From assembly GCA_013388645.1 (NCBI GenBank), contig JACAEV010000100.1, positions 24,934 through 88,933 on the forward strand: a DNA stretch of 64,000 bases, in the 5' to 3' direction. Both the position numbers and the translations under genes were made by a program. Positions 30,372 to 40,235 of this stretch are shown here, one piece after another (the stretch's first letter is position 1; every line of letters starts with the position of its first letter). The stretch comes from Syntrophaceae bacterium (GTDB lineage: Bacteria > Desulfobacterota > BSN033 > UBA1163). Under the pieces are notes generated by a model. That model was given only the letters and a program-made list of their open reading frames with translations, was not told the origin of the DNA and searched no databases.

Positions 30372-30725
30372 TTATCTCCTCCTATCTGTCGCAGGGGACA
30401 CCTGCAGGGCCAGTCCTTCCACGGCCTCGATAACCACCTGCTGACCAGGTTGCAAAGGCTGCGGAGAAGAGGCTCGCCAGATTTCACCTTCGTACTCAAC
30501 CTCAGCAGCATCTCCGTCGACCCTGACCACCACCGCTCGATCCCCAATCATCGCTCTTTTACCAATGACCGGGCGTCGACGCTGAGCCTGGATGATTTTC
30601 CAGTAGATGGCAAGCGAGACAACCAACATGACCATATACAACGGCAATGCTACCTGCCACCTTAGAAAGATGAACAGGGCAAAACCAAGTAGAGGCAATA
30701 CCAAAAGCAAATGATGCATCAGCAC
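30372..30725 (-). CDS. NfeD-like C-terminal domain protein
   Basis: Two TM helices, then MIG..A.V, V...GEIW.A.S, V.I..VEGL.L.V (NfeD OB-fold). Confidence 0.85.
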   Translation of the reverse strand: MLMHHLLLVLPLLGFALFIFLRWQVALPLYMVMLVVSLAIYWKIIQAQRRRPVIGKRAMIGDRAVVVRVDGDAAEVEYEGEIWRASSPQPLQPGQQVVIEAVEGLALQVSPATDRRR

Positions 30726-30831
30726 TCCCTTTCTTTTTTACACTCACTACTGAACCATACGCAGTAATCGAATATATCCCGGTCTTCTCCTGAGGGGCCC
30801 CGCTAACAGCGCCCGTCTGACTGAAGGATTT

Positions 30832-32769
30832 TTATGATACCAGTCGCGCCGGTGAAGTCTCCGCAGGGATCTTGCCTAACATCTTTCTGAGCTCCTCCCC
30901 CTGTACAATTTCCTCCTGGGAAAGCAAGTGGGCCAAGTTATCTAAAACATTCCGGTGAGCGGACAGGATTCCTCGCACCCTTTGATGAGCTTCCTCAATG
31001 ACCCGGGTGACTTCATCGTCAATTTGGGCGGCTTTCTTTTCACTGTAGGTTTTGTTGGGAGCAAAACCTTGTGGTAGGAACATAGGCTGACGAGGGCGCT
31101 CATACGTCGCCAGTCCCAGGGAATCACTCATGCTATATTCCGTGACCATGGACCGGGCAATGTCTGTAGCCCGCTGCAGGTCGTTTTGGGCCCCTGTGGA
31201 GATCTCTCCGAAAACTTGCTCCTCCGCTACCCTACCTCCTAAGAGAACAGCTAACCGGTCCAGTAGCTCCGACCGAGTCATTAAGTAGCGGTCCTCCGTG
31301 GGTTGCTGCTGGGTATATCCGAGAGCCGCAATCCCTCGGGGAATAATGGAGATTTTGTGCACCGGGTCGGCGTGCTCTACAGATTCAGCCACAATCGCAT
31401 GTCCGGATTCGTGGAAGGCAACAATTTCTTTCTCCTGCGGATTCATGACCCGGTTCTTTTTCTGCAGACCCCCAACCACCCGGTCGATGGCCTCGTCGAA
31501 ATCTGCTGACCCTACCCTATCTTTATTTTTCCGGGCAGCCAACAAGGCGGCTTCATTAACGAGGTTGGCTAGGTCAGCTCCCACAAAGCCCGGGGTGCGA
31601 CCGGCAACTTTTCGGAGATCCACTTCGGGACTTAAAAGAACATTCTTGGAATGGATTTTCAGGATGGCTTCTCGCCCATTGATATCCGGGCGGTCTACCA
31701 GGACCTGCCGATCAAACCGCCCCGGGCGTAACAAGGCAGGATCCAGGATTTCCGGCCGATTGGTGGCGGCCATGATGATGACCCCCTTATTCGTTTCGAA
31801 TCCGTCCATCTCCACCAGAAGCTGATTGAGGGTTTGCTCTTGCTCGTCATGTCCACCCATGACATTCATTCCCCGGGCTTTTCCTAATGCGTCCAGCTCA
31901 TCGATGAAGATGATGCAGGGGGCTTGGCTCGTGGCCTGAGAAAAAAGATCGCGAACGCGCGCTGCTCCCACGCCGACGAACATCTCCACGAACTCCGATC
32001 CGCTGATGCTGAAGAAAGGTACTTTTGCTTCCCCGGCCACCGCCCTGGCCAGAAGGGTTTTGCCAGTCCCCGGCGGGCCAACCAAAAGTACCCCTTTAGG
32101 AATCCTTCCCCCCAGTTTCTGAAACCTTCCCGGATTGCTCAAAAATTCCACTACTTCCTGGAGCTCTTCTTTGGCCTCATCGATTCCAGCGACATCGACA
32201 AAAGTGACCCTCGTCTCATTCTCGGCAAAAATCTTGGCTTTGCTCTTGCCAAAGGACATGACCCCCATCCCCGGCCCCATTTTTTTTATGGCAAACCACC
32301 AGATCAGAAAAAAAATACCAATAGGGATGATCCAGGAAAGAGCAGTGCTCAGGAATTTGCTCTCATAGTGCCCAGAGTAACTGATCTTGTGTTCATCCAG
32401 GTCTTTTACTAAGTCGGGATCATTCACCCGAACCGTGGTGAACTCCTCACCCGGCTTTTTTTCTTTTCCTATTAGCATTCCGGTGATATTCTCTGGGCTG
32501 ATGATCAATTTACTCACGGTACCCTCGGCTAAGTATTGTTTAAATTGGCTGTAGGGAATCGTCTCCATTTTTCGAGAAAGAAAGTATTGTTGCAAGTAGG
32601 TAAATAAAAGGAAGGCGATCAGGATATACCAGATGCTGAAATGAGCCTTGGGGGGCAAGGCATCCTTCTTTTTCTGGGGGTCCTGTGGACCCAAGAAGGA
32701 ACGAATTTTATCTTTTAAATTCTCGTCTGGTTCTTTTTTTCCATTGGATGGCATATTTTCTCTCCTCAT
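30832..32769 (-). CDS. ftsH: ATP-dependent zinc metalloprotease FtsH
   Basis: Two TM helices; Walker [14 protein letters not shown] pore loop, [26 protein letters not shown], zinc motif HESGH. Confidence 0.97.
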   Translation of the reverse strand: MRRENMPSNGKKEPDENLKDKIRSFLGPQDPQKKKDALPPKAHFSIWYILIAFLLFTYLQQYFLSRKMETIPYSQFKQYLAEGTVSKLIISPENITGMLIGKEKKPGEEFTTVRVNDPDLVKDLDEHKISYSGHYESKFLSTALSWIIPIGIFFLIWWFAIKKMGPGMGVMSFGKSKAKIFAENETRVTFVDVAGIDEAKEELQEVVEFLSNPGRFQKLGGRIPKGVLLVGPPGTGKTLLARAVAGEAKVPFFSISGSEFVEMFVGVGAARVRDLFSQATSQAPCIIFIDELDALGKARGMNVMGGHDEQEQTLNQLLVEMDGFETNKGVIIMAATNRPEILDPALLRPGRFDRQVLVDRPDINGREAILKIHSKNVLLSPEVDLRKVAGRTPGFVGADLANLVNEAALLAARKNKDRVGSADFDEAIDRVVGGLQKKNRVMNPQEKEIVAFHESGHAIVAESVEHADPVHKISIIPRGIAALGYTQQQPTEDRYLMTRSELLDRLAVLLGGRVAEEQVFGEISTGAQNDLQRATDIARSMVTEYSMSDSLGLATYERPRQPMFLPQGFAPNKTYSEKKAAQIDDEVTRVIEEAHQRVRGILSAHRNVLDNLAHLLSQEEIVQGEELRKMLGKIPAETSPARLVS

Positions 32770-32916
32770 GGTTATTAAAATAATCCTGAAAAGATGATTG
32801 TCTCCGCTTCCGAGGAAGGCAAACTTTTTCTGCCTCGACGGAATGAGGAGCCGTTGTCAAAGAAGGACTTCCACCCTTGTCGATGCCTTCTGAGATCTTC
32901 AGGTGAGCATTTCGGT

Positions 32917-33384
32917 TTATTTATTCTTCTCTCCTCTCCTTACGATTAAGACAGGAATACGGATATCTTTATGGACCACTCCATAAGTGACACTCCCAAG
33001 GAATACAGCGGCCAGAGCACTCTTCCCATGGGAACCCAGAACAATAAGATTACATTTCGATCGTTCTGCTTCTTTTATAATCTCTTCACTAGGATGCCCA
33101 TTGGAGATAACCCCACGGCATGAAACATTTTTCTTTTCGCAAAGCTTCTTGACTTTAGCGACATCCGCTTTAGCTGCTTCTCTGAGAAATTCCTCCATCG
33201 GTTCCGTGATATTCGTCACTGTCATCTCAGGGGGCGCAGTATAAAGCGTTGAGAAAGATCGATTATCCATCACGCTCACTACGGTGATAGAAGCGCCAAG
33301 TTGCTTTGCAAGGTCTACCGCATATCGACTCGCTTTTAGGGCTGTCTCTGAACCATCGGTGGCTACAAGAATTTTTGAGATCAT
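32917..33384 (-). CDS. Universal stress protein
   Basis: KILVATDGS, G.P...I, LIVLGSHG, LGSV. Confidence 0.93.
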   Translation of the reverse strand: MISKILVATDGSETALKASRYAVDLAKQLGASITVVSVMDNRSFSTLYTAPPEMTVTNITEPMEEFLREAAKADVAKVKKLCEKKNVSCRGVISNGHPSEEIIKEAERSKCNLIVLGSHGKSALAAVFLGSVTYGVVHKDIRIPVLIVRRGEKNK

Positions 33385-33406
33385 GATTTTCTCCTTTTAT
33401 GAATTC

Positions 33407-33958
33407 TTATTCTCTGCTCCTATTCACCAAATTTGAGGACATAGTAACGATTTTATCCTCGATATATAACTCCTTAAATCCATTTTTCTCACAGAAAGAT
33501 AAGGCTACACGATTATCGAACCTAACCTTTGCGATGATTTCATCCACGAATGAAAACTTTTTTAAATTTTGTGCTAAGAGGTTCAATACCTTGCTTCCGT
33601 AACCAAGATGCCTCGTGTTTTCTTCAAAAATGAACAGCCCGATTTCAACAGATTTGCGAAACTTGAGATTATACAAGCCGATAAACCCAATTCTTCTCGA
33701 ATCAATAAGAATGCAGTAAGTACATGCGAAGGTTCTTTTAATCCACCACCATACGGGAAGCCATGAGGAGTAGATAGGTTTTTTCAAATTGTTTACAACC
33801 AAAAAGTCTTCTCTCTTAAATCCTTCACTCAAAAATGGACCATCCAAAATCCGTACCGGCCTCAACTTAATAGGAGGAGTTGCCATATATCTTGGAATGC
33901 GTACATAGAACATTCTTAATCCTGCTTTGCAAGTGGCTCTTATCTGACTCGTAGTCAT
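33407..33958 (-). CDS. GNAT family N-acetyltransferase (RimJ/RimL-like)
   Basis: IGFIGL, EIGLFI, R.LGYG, N..AL.F.EK.GF; start uncertain. Confidence 0.75.
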   Translation of the reverse strand: MTTSQIRATCKAGLRMFYVRIPRYMATPPIKLRPVRILDGPFLSEGFKREDFLVVNNLKKPIYSSWLPVWWWIKRTFACTYCILIDSRRIGFIGLYNLKFRKSVEIGLFIFEENTRHLGYGSKVLNLLAQNLKKFSFVDEIIAKVRFDNRVALSFCEKNGFKELYIEDKIVTMSSNLVNRSRE

Positions 33959-34032
33959 AACTGATGCAGAGGAGAAGCCTTCATAAGCATAGCCAAAGAC
34001 CCCTTCAACTTTTTAACCCGGTTTTACTTGGT

Positions 34033-34287
34033 TTATTCTTCAAAATGCGGAGTTTCCGCCTTGCTTGCCACGACTTTCCCTGTAGCCGTGTCAAGAACGT
34101 AATACCCACTGCGAGCTTTGACTCCCTCTGCCTCGACCGCCCATGCAGAGATCTGATACCTTCCTTTCTTTTCATCTTCAGAAACTGCCAAAGCCGCCTT
34201 TGAAGAAAAGACGTTGTTTAATAGGTTGAGGAGAAGCAGTATCGAAACGATTCCTAAGAAGACTTTTGTTATTCGATCGGTTTCCAT
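34033..34287 (-). CDS. Small exported or membrane-anchored hypothetical protein
   Basis: RBS GGGAGG; N-terminal hydrophobic helix; GRYQISAW...YYVLDTATGKV. Confidence 0.7.
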   Translation of the reverse strand: METDRITKVFLGIVSILLLLNLLNNVFSSKAALAVSEDEKKGRYQISAWAVEAEGVKARSGYYVLDTATGKVVASKAETPHFEE

Positions 34288-34379
34288 AAGTGACCTCCCT
34301 TTTTGTTATACATTTTTTTCCTTCATTCAATGTTCCTTTTTCAGCTCTGACATCCAAACCATTGCCCTACCTTCAATGA

Positions 34380-35759
34380 TCAAAACATGAACCAAAGCAG
34401 GAAATAGAGCGTGTTGTTGTCAGAAGCGTCCCGGCCAAACCCGTCATAGTTCGAATGAGAGCCGTTGAATTTGTTGTAAAGTGTATACTGCAGGGAACAT
34501 TTGAGTGAAAGAAAATTGGTAATTTCGAGTCTTTGATAGTCTAATTCGAAAATCAAACCGTTGCTGTTCGGGCTGCCCGTTCGACTCCCATCCGCGGGGC
34601 CCGGCGCATAGAGCAAGATGTCTTTATTTCCGGTGGTGGAAAAAAATCCGGCTGACCCGCCGAAATCACCGATCGGGCTCCGGTAGGTGTAATGGCCGTG
34701 AATTTTGAAGGTATTCAAGTGGCCTGACTTCTTTGCGGTATTTCCTAAATCAAAACTCGCATTCCAATCTTGATACTCATGAATCCAGGTTGAATGCAAT
34801 GTAAAGATATGGCTTTTCACAATGTATTGATACTGGGTATCGAGGCCGATATCCGTGAAACGATCCGTAGGACCATGATGCATTCCCTCAGGATAGATAT
34901 CGGCGGTGAGGCCAAAGGTCCCCAGGGATAAGTAATGCTTTCTCCACTGTCGCTGGAGGACCAGGCGCCAATAGGGAACGATACCGTCCGTCTCCATATC
35001 CACGGTCGTGCCAGCGCCCAAGATTTTTGTGATCCCGTGGTCCGTCGTCCTGTACAAAGCCCCTCCCGCATAGATCATGTTATTCCAGAACACATAGGCT
35101 CCCATTCCGCCTACTTGCTGGTCTAAGGTCCCATCAATAATCGTACTTGCGGCAGGCGTTGGGGCGATGGGCGATGCAGCGTACGGGAAGCCGAAGGCGG
35201 GCGTACTGTTCCATACATCCTGGAGGGTCGGACTATTGTTGACCGTCACGCCATAGATCAGCTGCTTATTCCAAAGAGTCGTCGTATTTGCATATCGGAT
35301 ATCCGTCATATCCAGCATGACATCATTTTCTGCCCCGTCGAAGGTTCCCTGAACGAAAGCCCCAAGATGCCTGTAGATTCGTCCTCCATAGTACAAGCTC
35401 ATCTCTTGAGGTAAGCTCAGGACATTGTTATCCGTCGAGGTGACATGAGTGGCCCAATTGTCCTCGATCGATTTTCGCGGCAAGTCCTTCTTCAAATGGG
35501 TAAAAGAGAGTTGCACCAGACCAGCGAGGGGTGGCGGAAACTCATATGGTTTAGTGCTCTTGCTGATGGAATAACCTGTCAATTTAAAAAATCGTCCAAA
35601 AGGGGTGAGCTCAGGCCACATGGTATGGCAGGTCGTACAGGACATACCCGTTTGACGCGCGAAACTTGGCAAGGCATGGGTGTTGGGAGGTAAAAATAGC
35701 ATCCATCCCCCAATTAAGACCCATCCGATCCATGTAGTTCTTAACATCTTCCATAACAT
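34380..35759 (-). CDS. cyc2: Cyc2-like fused monoheme cytochrome c / outer-membrane beta-barrel
   Basis: Signal peptide, then LPSFARQTGMSCTTCHTMWPELTPFGRFFKLTGY, the Cyc2 N-terminal pattern PxFARQT-CxxCH-PxL..FGRxFK..G; amphipathic beta strands; C-terminal Phe (LWFMF). Confidence 0.85.
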   Translation of the reverse strand: MLWKMLRTTWIGWVLIGGWMLFLPPNTHALPSFARQTGMSCTTCHTMWPELTPFGRFFKLTGYSISKSTKPYEFPPPLAGLVQLSFTHLKKDLPRKSIEDNWATHVTSTDNNVLSLPQEMSLYYGGRIYRHLGAFVQGTFDGAENDVMLDMTDIRYANTTTLWNKQLIYGVTVNNSPTLQDVWNSTPAFGFPYAASPIAPTPAASTIIDGTLDQQVGGMGAYVFWNNMIYAGGALYRTTDHGITKILGAGTTVDMETDGIVPYWRLVLQRQWRKHYLSLGTFGLTADIYPEGMHHGPTDRFTDIGLDTQYQYIVKSHIFTLHSTWIHEYQDWNASFDLGNTAKKSGHLNTFKIHGHYTYRSPIGDFGGSAGFFSTTGNKDILLYAPGPADGSRTGSPNSNGLIFELDYQRLEITNFLSLKCSLQYTLYNKFNGSHSNYDGFGRDASDNNTLYFLLWFMF

Positions 35760-35806
35760 TTTATCCTCACCCCTTTCCTAAGGCTTCACACTCTTAGCAA
35801 TGCCCT

Positions 35807-36163
35807 CTATGAGCCAGGTTTAAAGGCATGAGCTATGTAGTCCATGACAGCCTTAATCTGATCAGGGTTTAGGCCCATGGGCGGCATCATCCCATGGCCG
35901 TGCTCGATGGTATTGGTAATTATTTTATTGATGTCTTTCTGCTTCCAGAACTTAGGGTCCGTGAAGCTGGCTGGTTTAGGATTAAAGGCAGCGGCAGCCG
36001 GGCCATTACCATTTCCTTTTGGACCATGGCACATCTGACACTTATTCTCATAAATGTCTTTTCCCCGCTGGACCTCACTTGCCTCAATTCCCTTGACGTT
36101 CCAGGCCGTAAATCCTAATCCCAGGACCATTCCTGCGGCGAAAAAAACAATCATTTTCTTCAC
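35807..36163 (-). CDS. Periplasmic monoheme cytochrome c (class I)
   Basis: Signal peptide, CQMCH, G.G.GPAA...P.P..F, distal Met in GMMPP; GTG start with AGGAGG RBS. Confidence 0.92.
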   Translation of the reverse strand: MKKMIVFFAAGMVLGLGFTAWNVKGIEASEVQRGKDIYENKCQMCHGPKGNGNGPAAAAFNPKPASFTDPKFWKQKDINKIITNTIEHGHGMMPPMGLNPDQIKAVMDYIAHAFKPGS

Positions 36164-36176
36164 AAGGTTACCTCCT

Positions 36177-38654
36177 TTATACGGGTATCCTTTCTGAGAC
36201 CCCTACCTTGAACTCCTCCCATTGAACGTAAAGCATCCCGTTTTCTACCTTGAATGGCAGCGTATCAAGGGGGCGGGGTGCTGGCCCTTTAAGCACTTTT
36301 CCATCGATGGAATAAACACTCCCATGGCAGGGACACGCAAAGGTTTTGCTTTGTGGGTCCCAGTCATAATGGCAGCCAAGATGTGGACAGATTGGAGAAT
36401 AGACGGCAAACCCCGTGACCCCCGAGGACGATCGTTTGATGATCCAAACGCTATGTGTGACCGTCTCCATTAGATAAGCATCCTGGGTGTTGAAAGAAAA
36501 ATCTATATTTTGAGGTTTCCCTGTAGGCAATGAATGGATATCCGCTATTTTAGTCCAGGTAAGTTTTTTTCTTTGAAAGGATGGGCCAATCAAATTTCCG
36601 ATAAGAGGAATCCCAATAGCCAAGGTGATCAGAGAGCTTAACCCTCCTATCATCATCTTCAGAAAACTGCGGCGTGTTGTTTCGTGCGTCCCAGCCGAGT
36701 GGCTCCCTTTTTTCGTGTCTGAACCGGAGGGAGTTCCTTTCGCCTTCACTCCCTTCAGAATCCAAAGTCCACCAATGACAATGATAAAGGTCGCTGCGAC
36801 CAGCCAGAAGAAGAGATGGGGTTGAAGGCCGGGACGGACGAGCTTGGCCCGATCCACTCCGTTCAGCCACAGGATATAGGCTTCTATATTTGCGATGGTT
36901 GGCTGGTTAAGCGAGTTAGAATCTCCAAAGGGAAGCATCTGTAGAGCTGGATTCGGACCTTCTGGTCTTGAACCATGCAGGATAAAACGGTCGATGTTAT
37001 CCGTAAAAGTTCGAGGGTCTTTGTTGAAAAGCTCTGGATCAATTGGATTGAGGGGGGGAACGGTTCCATCCTCTGAGCCTGGATTTGGAACTTTACCCGT
37101 TCCTTTTGGACCGTGGCAGGCTTCACAGTGTTGTTGGAACAGAATGGCTCCTCGACCAAAACTTCCGATAACATTTGCCGCTGGCCCCGGCTGTCCGTGA
37201 GGGCCGACGATTAATTTTTCCTGTATGGTCATTGTGGCCATCTGTGGCATAGGAGGGACTGCTGAAGAAGATTTGCCTGAAGCTAAATTTTGTAGATAAT
37301 CGACGATCTCATTGAGCTGATGGTCGGTGGCTGAGGAAAAAGCGGGCATGATCGTATTCAGGTTGTGTTTTTTCGGATCTCGAATCTGGGTGATCAACCA
37401 TTGTCGCGATTTACCTTTTAACGATTCGGAAGATAATTCAGGCCCCACCGTACCTCCTTGACCATTTACCCGGTGGCATCGAATGCAGCCCATGGAATGG
37501 AAGAGTTGAGCCCCCTTCGAGGCACTTTCTGATATTTGAGTAGGTGGGATGGTTTGGGATAATGGAGTCTGAGAACTTGCGGTTTCTGGTTTGCTGAAAT
37601 ATCCTACAACGGCAAGGATAATCACCCATGCAACAAAAATCAGGTAACCTGACATTGTGATCGGGCGGCGAGATGGGTTTCGCTCTGGGGTTCGATCTAT
37701 GAAAGGAAGAAATACGAGGAGTAACGTGACGAAAAGGGGAATCCCGACTGTACCAATGGGTTCAAGCCTTCCGGGAAAGGCTTTCAGGGTTTGATACAAA
37801 AAGAGAAAATACCACTCCGGTTTAGGAACATAGGAGGTATCCATAGGATTCTTGGGACCAGCAATAGGGGTGCGAATATATGCGGCAAGCCCCACTAAGA
37901 TCACAAAGACAAACGTAATGACTACCGTATCTTTAAAAACCTGATCTGGCCAGAAACGCCCGATGATTTTGCGTTTCTCTTGATTCCAGGGACCTGAAAT
38001 TCCAGATTGGCGAAAAGCGATGATATGTAAGATCACTAAAACGAAAACGATTCCAGGAAGAATCGCTACATGGAGCACAAAGAACCGGGAGAGCGTCATC
38101 TGTCCAAGGTTTGGACCACCGCGCAACAAATTTGTTGCCAGATCACCTAAGTAGGGCACCGTACCTGCCATACTGGTACCTACTTCGACCTCCCAATAAC
38201 CTCTTTGGTCCCATGGGAGAACCGGTCCTGTGAATCCCAGCGCCAGCGTACATATCAAGAGTCCTACACCGAGCAGCCATGTCAGTTGCCGTGGTTGTTT
38301 GTAAGCGCCCCAGATAAAGACACGGGACATGTGAAGTCCCACCAGAATGATCATGGCAGCTGCTCCCCAGTAATGGAGCCCATGGATCAACCAACCAAAA
38401 GGAACTTCGATACGCAGGTAATTCAGGCTATCGTAGCCATGACTGATCGTAGGAACAAAGTAGAAGAGCTGCCACAAACCTGTGATGACTTGAATGAGAA
38501 AAGTCGTTAAGACCGAACTGCCGAAGATGTAAACAAAGCTATCTCCTCCGGGCATTTCCTCTTCAAGGCCTAAACGAATCAATCCATTAAGAGGCCAACG
38601 CTCATTAATCCAACGCATCACACGTGAAACCATGTATCGTTCTTTCAAGTTCAA
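36177..38654 (-). CDS. Fused Rieske/cytochrome b complex: cytochrome b6 + subunit IV + two cytochrome c domains + C-terminal Rieske protein
   Basis: Four heme b His (GLHYWG, GLHMSRVF, VLHVAILP, ILHII), LPWDQ, PEWY, CIRCH, CEACH, a further TM helix, TRRSFLK twin-arginine motif, Rieske CPHLGC...CPCHGS, all in one 825-aa frame. Confidence 0.92.
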   Translation of the reverse strand: MNLKERYMVSRVMRWINERWPLNGLIRLGLEEEMPGGDSFVYIFGSSVLTTFLIQVITGLWQLFYFVPTISHGYDSLNYLRIEVPFGWLIHGLHYWGAAAMIILVGLHMSRVFIWGAYKQPRQLTWLLGVGLLICTLALGFTGPVLPWDQRGYWEVEVGTSMAGTVPYLGDLATNLLRGGPNLGQMTLSRFFVLHVAILPGIVFVLVILHIIAFRQSGISGPWNQEKRKIIGRFWPDQVFKDTVVITFVFVILVGLAAYIRTPIAGPKNPMDTSYVPKPEWYFLFLYQTLKAFPGRLEPIGTVGIPLFVTLLLVFLPFIDRTPERNPSRRPITMSGYLIFVAWVIILAVVGYFSKPETASSQTPLSQTIPPTQISESASKGAQLFHSMGCIRCHRVNGQGGTVGPELSSESLKGKSRQWLITQIRDPKKHNLNTIMPAFSSATDHQLNEIVDYLQNLASGKSSSAVPPMPQMATMTIQEKLIVGPHGQPGPAANVIGSFGRGAILFQQHCEACHGPKGTGKVPNPGSEDGTVPPLNPIDPELFNKDPRTFTDNIDRFILHGSRPEGPNPALQMLPFGDSNSLNQPTIANIEAYILWLNGVDRAKLVRPGLQPHLFFWLVAATFIIVIGGLWILKGVKAKGTPSGSDTKKGSHSAGTHETTRRSFLKMMIGGLSSLITLAIGIPLIGNLIGPSFQRKKLTWTKIADIHSLPTGKPQNIDFSFNTQDAYLMETVTHSVWIIKRSSSGVTGFAVYSPICPHLGCHYDWDPQSKTFACPCHGSVYSIDGKVLKGPAPRPLDTLPFKVENGMLYVQWEEFKVGVSERIPV

Positions 38655-40222
38655 TCCTTGATTTTAGGGATAGCCTCTCGAAAAAAGTTGGCCACATCGG
38701 TCTTTAGTTTTTTCAAGGCTGGCAGATGAGTATACATCTGATGCCCTGCTTCATAAAAGGTTAGAGTTAGGTTCTTACGCAACTTCGCATCGAGACCAAG
38801 ATGGTTTGCGGCATATTTCGATGCAAAAAAAGGCGTATCAAGATCATAGTAGCCGCTTGCAATGAGGACTTTTAAATATTTATTTTCGCTCATCGCCTGG
38901 TGTAAAGTGTCTACGACATTCACGTATCCCAATCCTCCGGTGTCGGAGCTCCAATTCCAGGATTCGTTGACTTTCATAGAGAGAATTTCGTAAGGGAGAT
39001 CGGTTTCGTACTTAAGCTCTTTCCTCACATAATCGTTCCAGGTCGCCATGAGAAGGCCTGTCACCAAAAACACACTGGGGTCCTCAATGAAGTCCTGAGG
39101 GGTATATTTGCCTGTAATCCGAGAGTCTAAGACACCGATCCGGAGATCCTCCTGGCGAAGCAACTCTTTTGTAAAATCACCCCGGCTGATACGTAATTTG
39201 GATTTCTGTATGGACGTTTCAGAAAGACCTGTATATCTCGTTAACTTTTCAACAACTCTATTTCGTTCGGGCTCTGAGAGGAGATCCCCTTTCGCCAAAG
39301 CGACTAAATATTCATTCAATGCAAATTCTTCTGCTTCATCCATCGTTTTTTGAAAATTTGATTGGAATTCAGGCGATAACTTATGATGGTACCAGGCTGT
39401 TGTGGCATAGGTAGGCAGAAACAGGATGTAGGGTAAATCATTTCCCGCGGTAAAAACGATGGTCTGAAAGTTGAGAGCTTCTGAGATTAAAATCAGTCCA
39501 TTGAGATTGATAGCCAGTTTGTTTTGAAGATAGCTTGAAAGGCCGGCTGCCCTTGTTGTTCCATAACTTTCGCCCGCTATAAACTTTGGGGAAAGCCAGC
39601 GATTGTATTTTGTTAGATAAAGTCGAATGAATGCACCAACCGATTGAATATCCTCCTTTACGCCCCAGAACTTCTTCGGATCTTCGCCGGAGGCGGCACG
39701 ACTATAACCTGTACCAACCGGATCGATAAAGACAAGATCTGTGATATCGAGCCAAGTATATGCATTCTCAATCAATCGATATGGAGGAGGCAAAGCTTCC
39801 TTTTCCTCCTTCAAAAGCATACGTTTGGGGCCAAGGGCGCCAAGATGCAGAAAGACCGAGGCTGCCCCTGGCCCGCCATTAAACGCAAAAGTAATTGGAC
39901 GTTGAGATTTATCTTCCTCTTCATCTTTGATATAAGAGGTGAAAAATATGGTTGCCCTGAGTTTTCCTGCTTCATCTTTCATCGGCAGGTAACCAGCAAA
40001 TGCCTTATAATTCAGAGTCATTCCATTAATCTTGATAGAGTGATGGGTAATTGAAATTTTTTCTTCAGGTGGTTCTTTTGCCTTTGATTTGTCACGAGGT
40101 TGTGGTAAACTCTCGGGTGTTTCCAAAGCAACGAACAGATTTTTCGTTGCCTGACAGGCACCTAAAGAAAGGACACCGATGAGCAGGCTTGCAACCAAGG
40201 AAATGGAGACAATTTTTTTCAT
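38651..40222 (-). CDS. Peptidase S10 (serine carboxypeptidase-like) lipoprotein
   Basis: Lipobox LGAC; FNGGPG, DPVGTG.S, GESYG, GYYDL.TP, YEAGHQMY. Confidence 0.93.
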   Translation of the reverse strand: MKKIVSISLVASLLIGVLSLGACQATKNLFVALETPESLPQPRDKSKAKEPPEEKISITHHSIKINGMTLNYKAFAGYLPMKDEAGKLRATIFFTSYIKDEEEDKSQRPITFAFNGGPGAASVFLHLGALGPKRMLLKEEKEALPPPYRLIENAYTWLDITDLVFIDPVGTGYSRAASGEDPKKFWGVKEDIQSVGAFIRLYLTKYNRWLSPKFIAGESYGTTRAAGLSSYLQNKLAINLNGLILISEALNFQTIVFTAGNDLPYILFLPTYATTAWYHHKLSPEFQSNFQKTMDEAEEFALNEYLVALAKGDLLSEPERNRVVEKLTRYTGLSETSIQKSKLRISRGDFTKELLRQEDLRIGVLDSRITGKYTPQDFIEDPSVFLVTGLLMATWNDYVRKELKYETDLPYEILSMKVNESWNWSSDTGGLGYVNVVDTLHQAMSENKYLKVLIASGYYDLDTPFFASKYAANHLGLDAKLRKNLTLTFYEAGHQMYTHLPALKKLKTDVANFFREAIPKIKD

Positions 40223-40235
40223 CGATCTTAATCTC

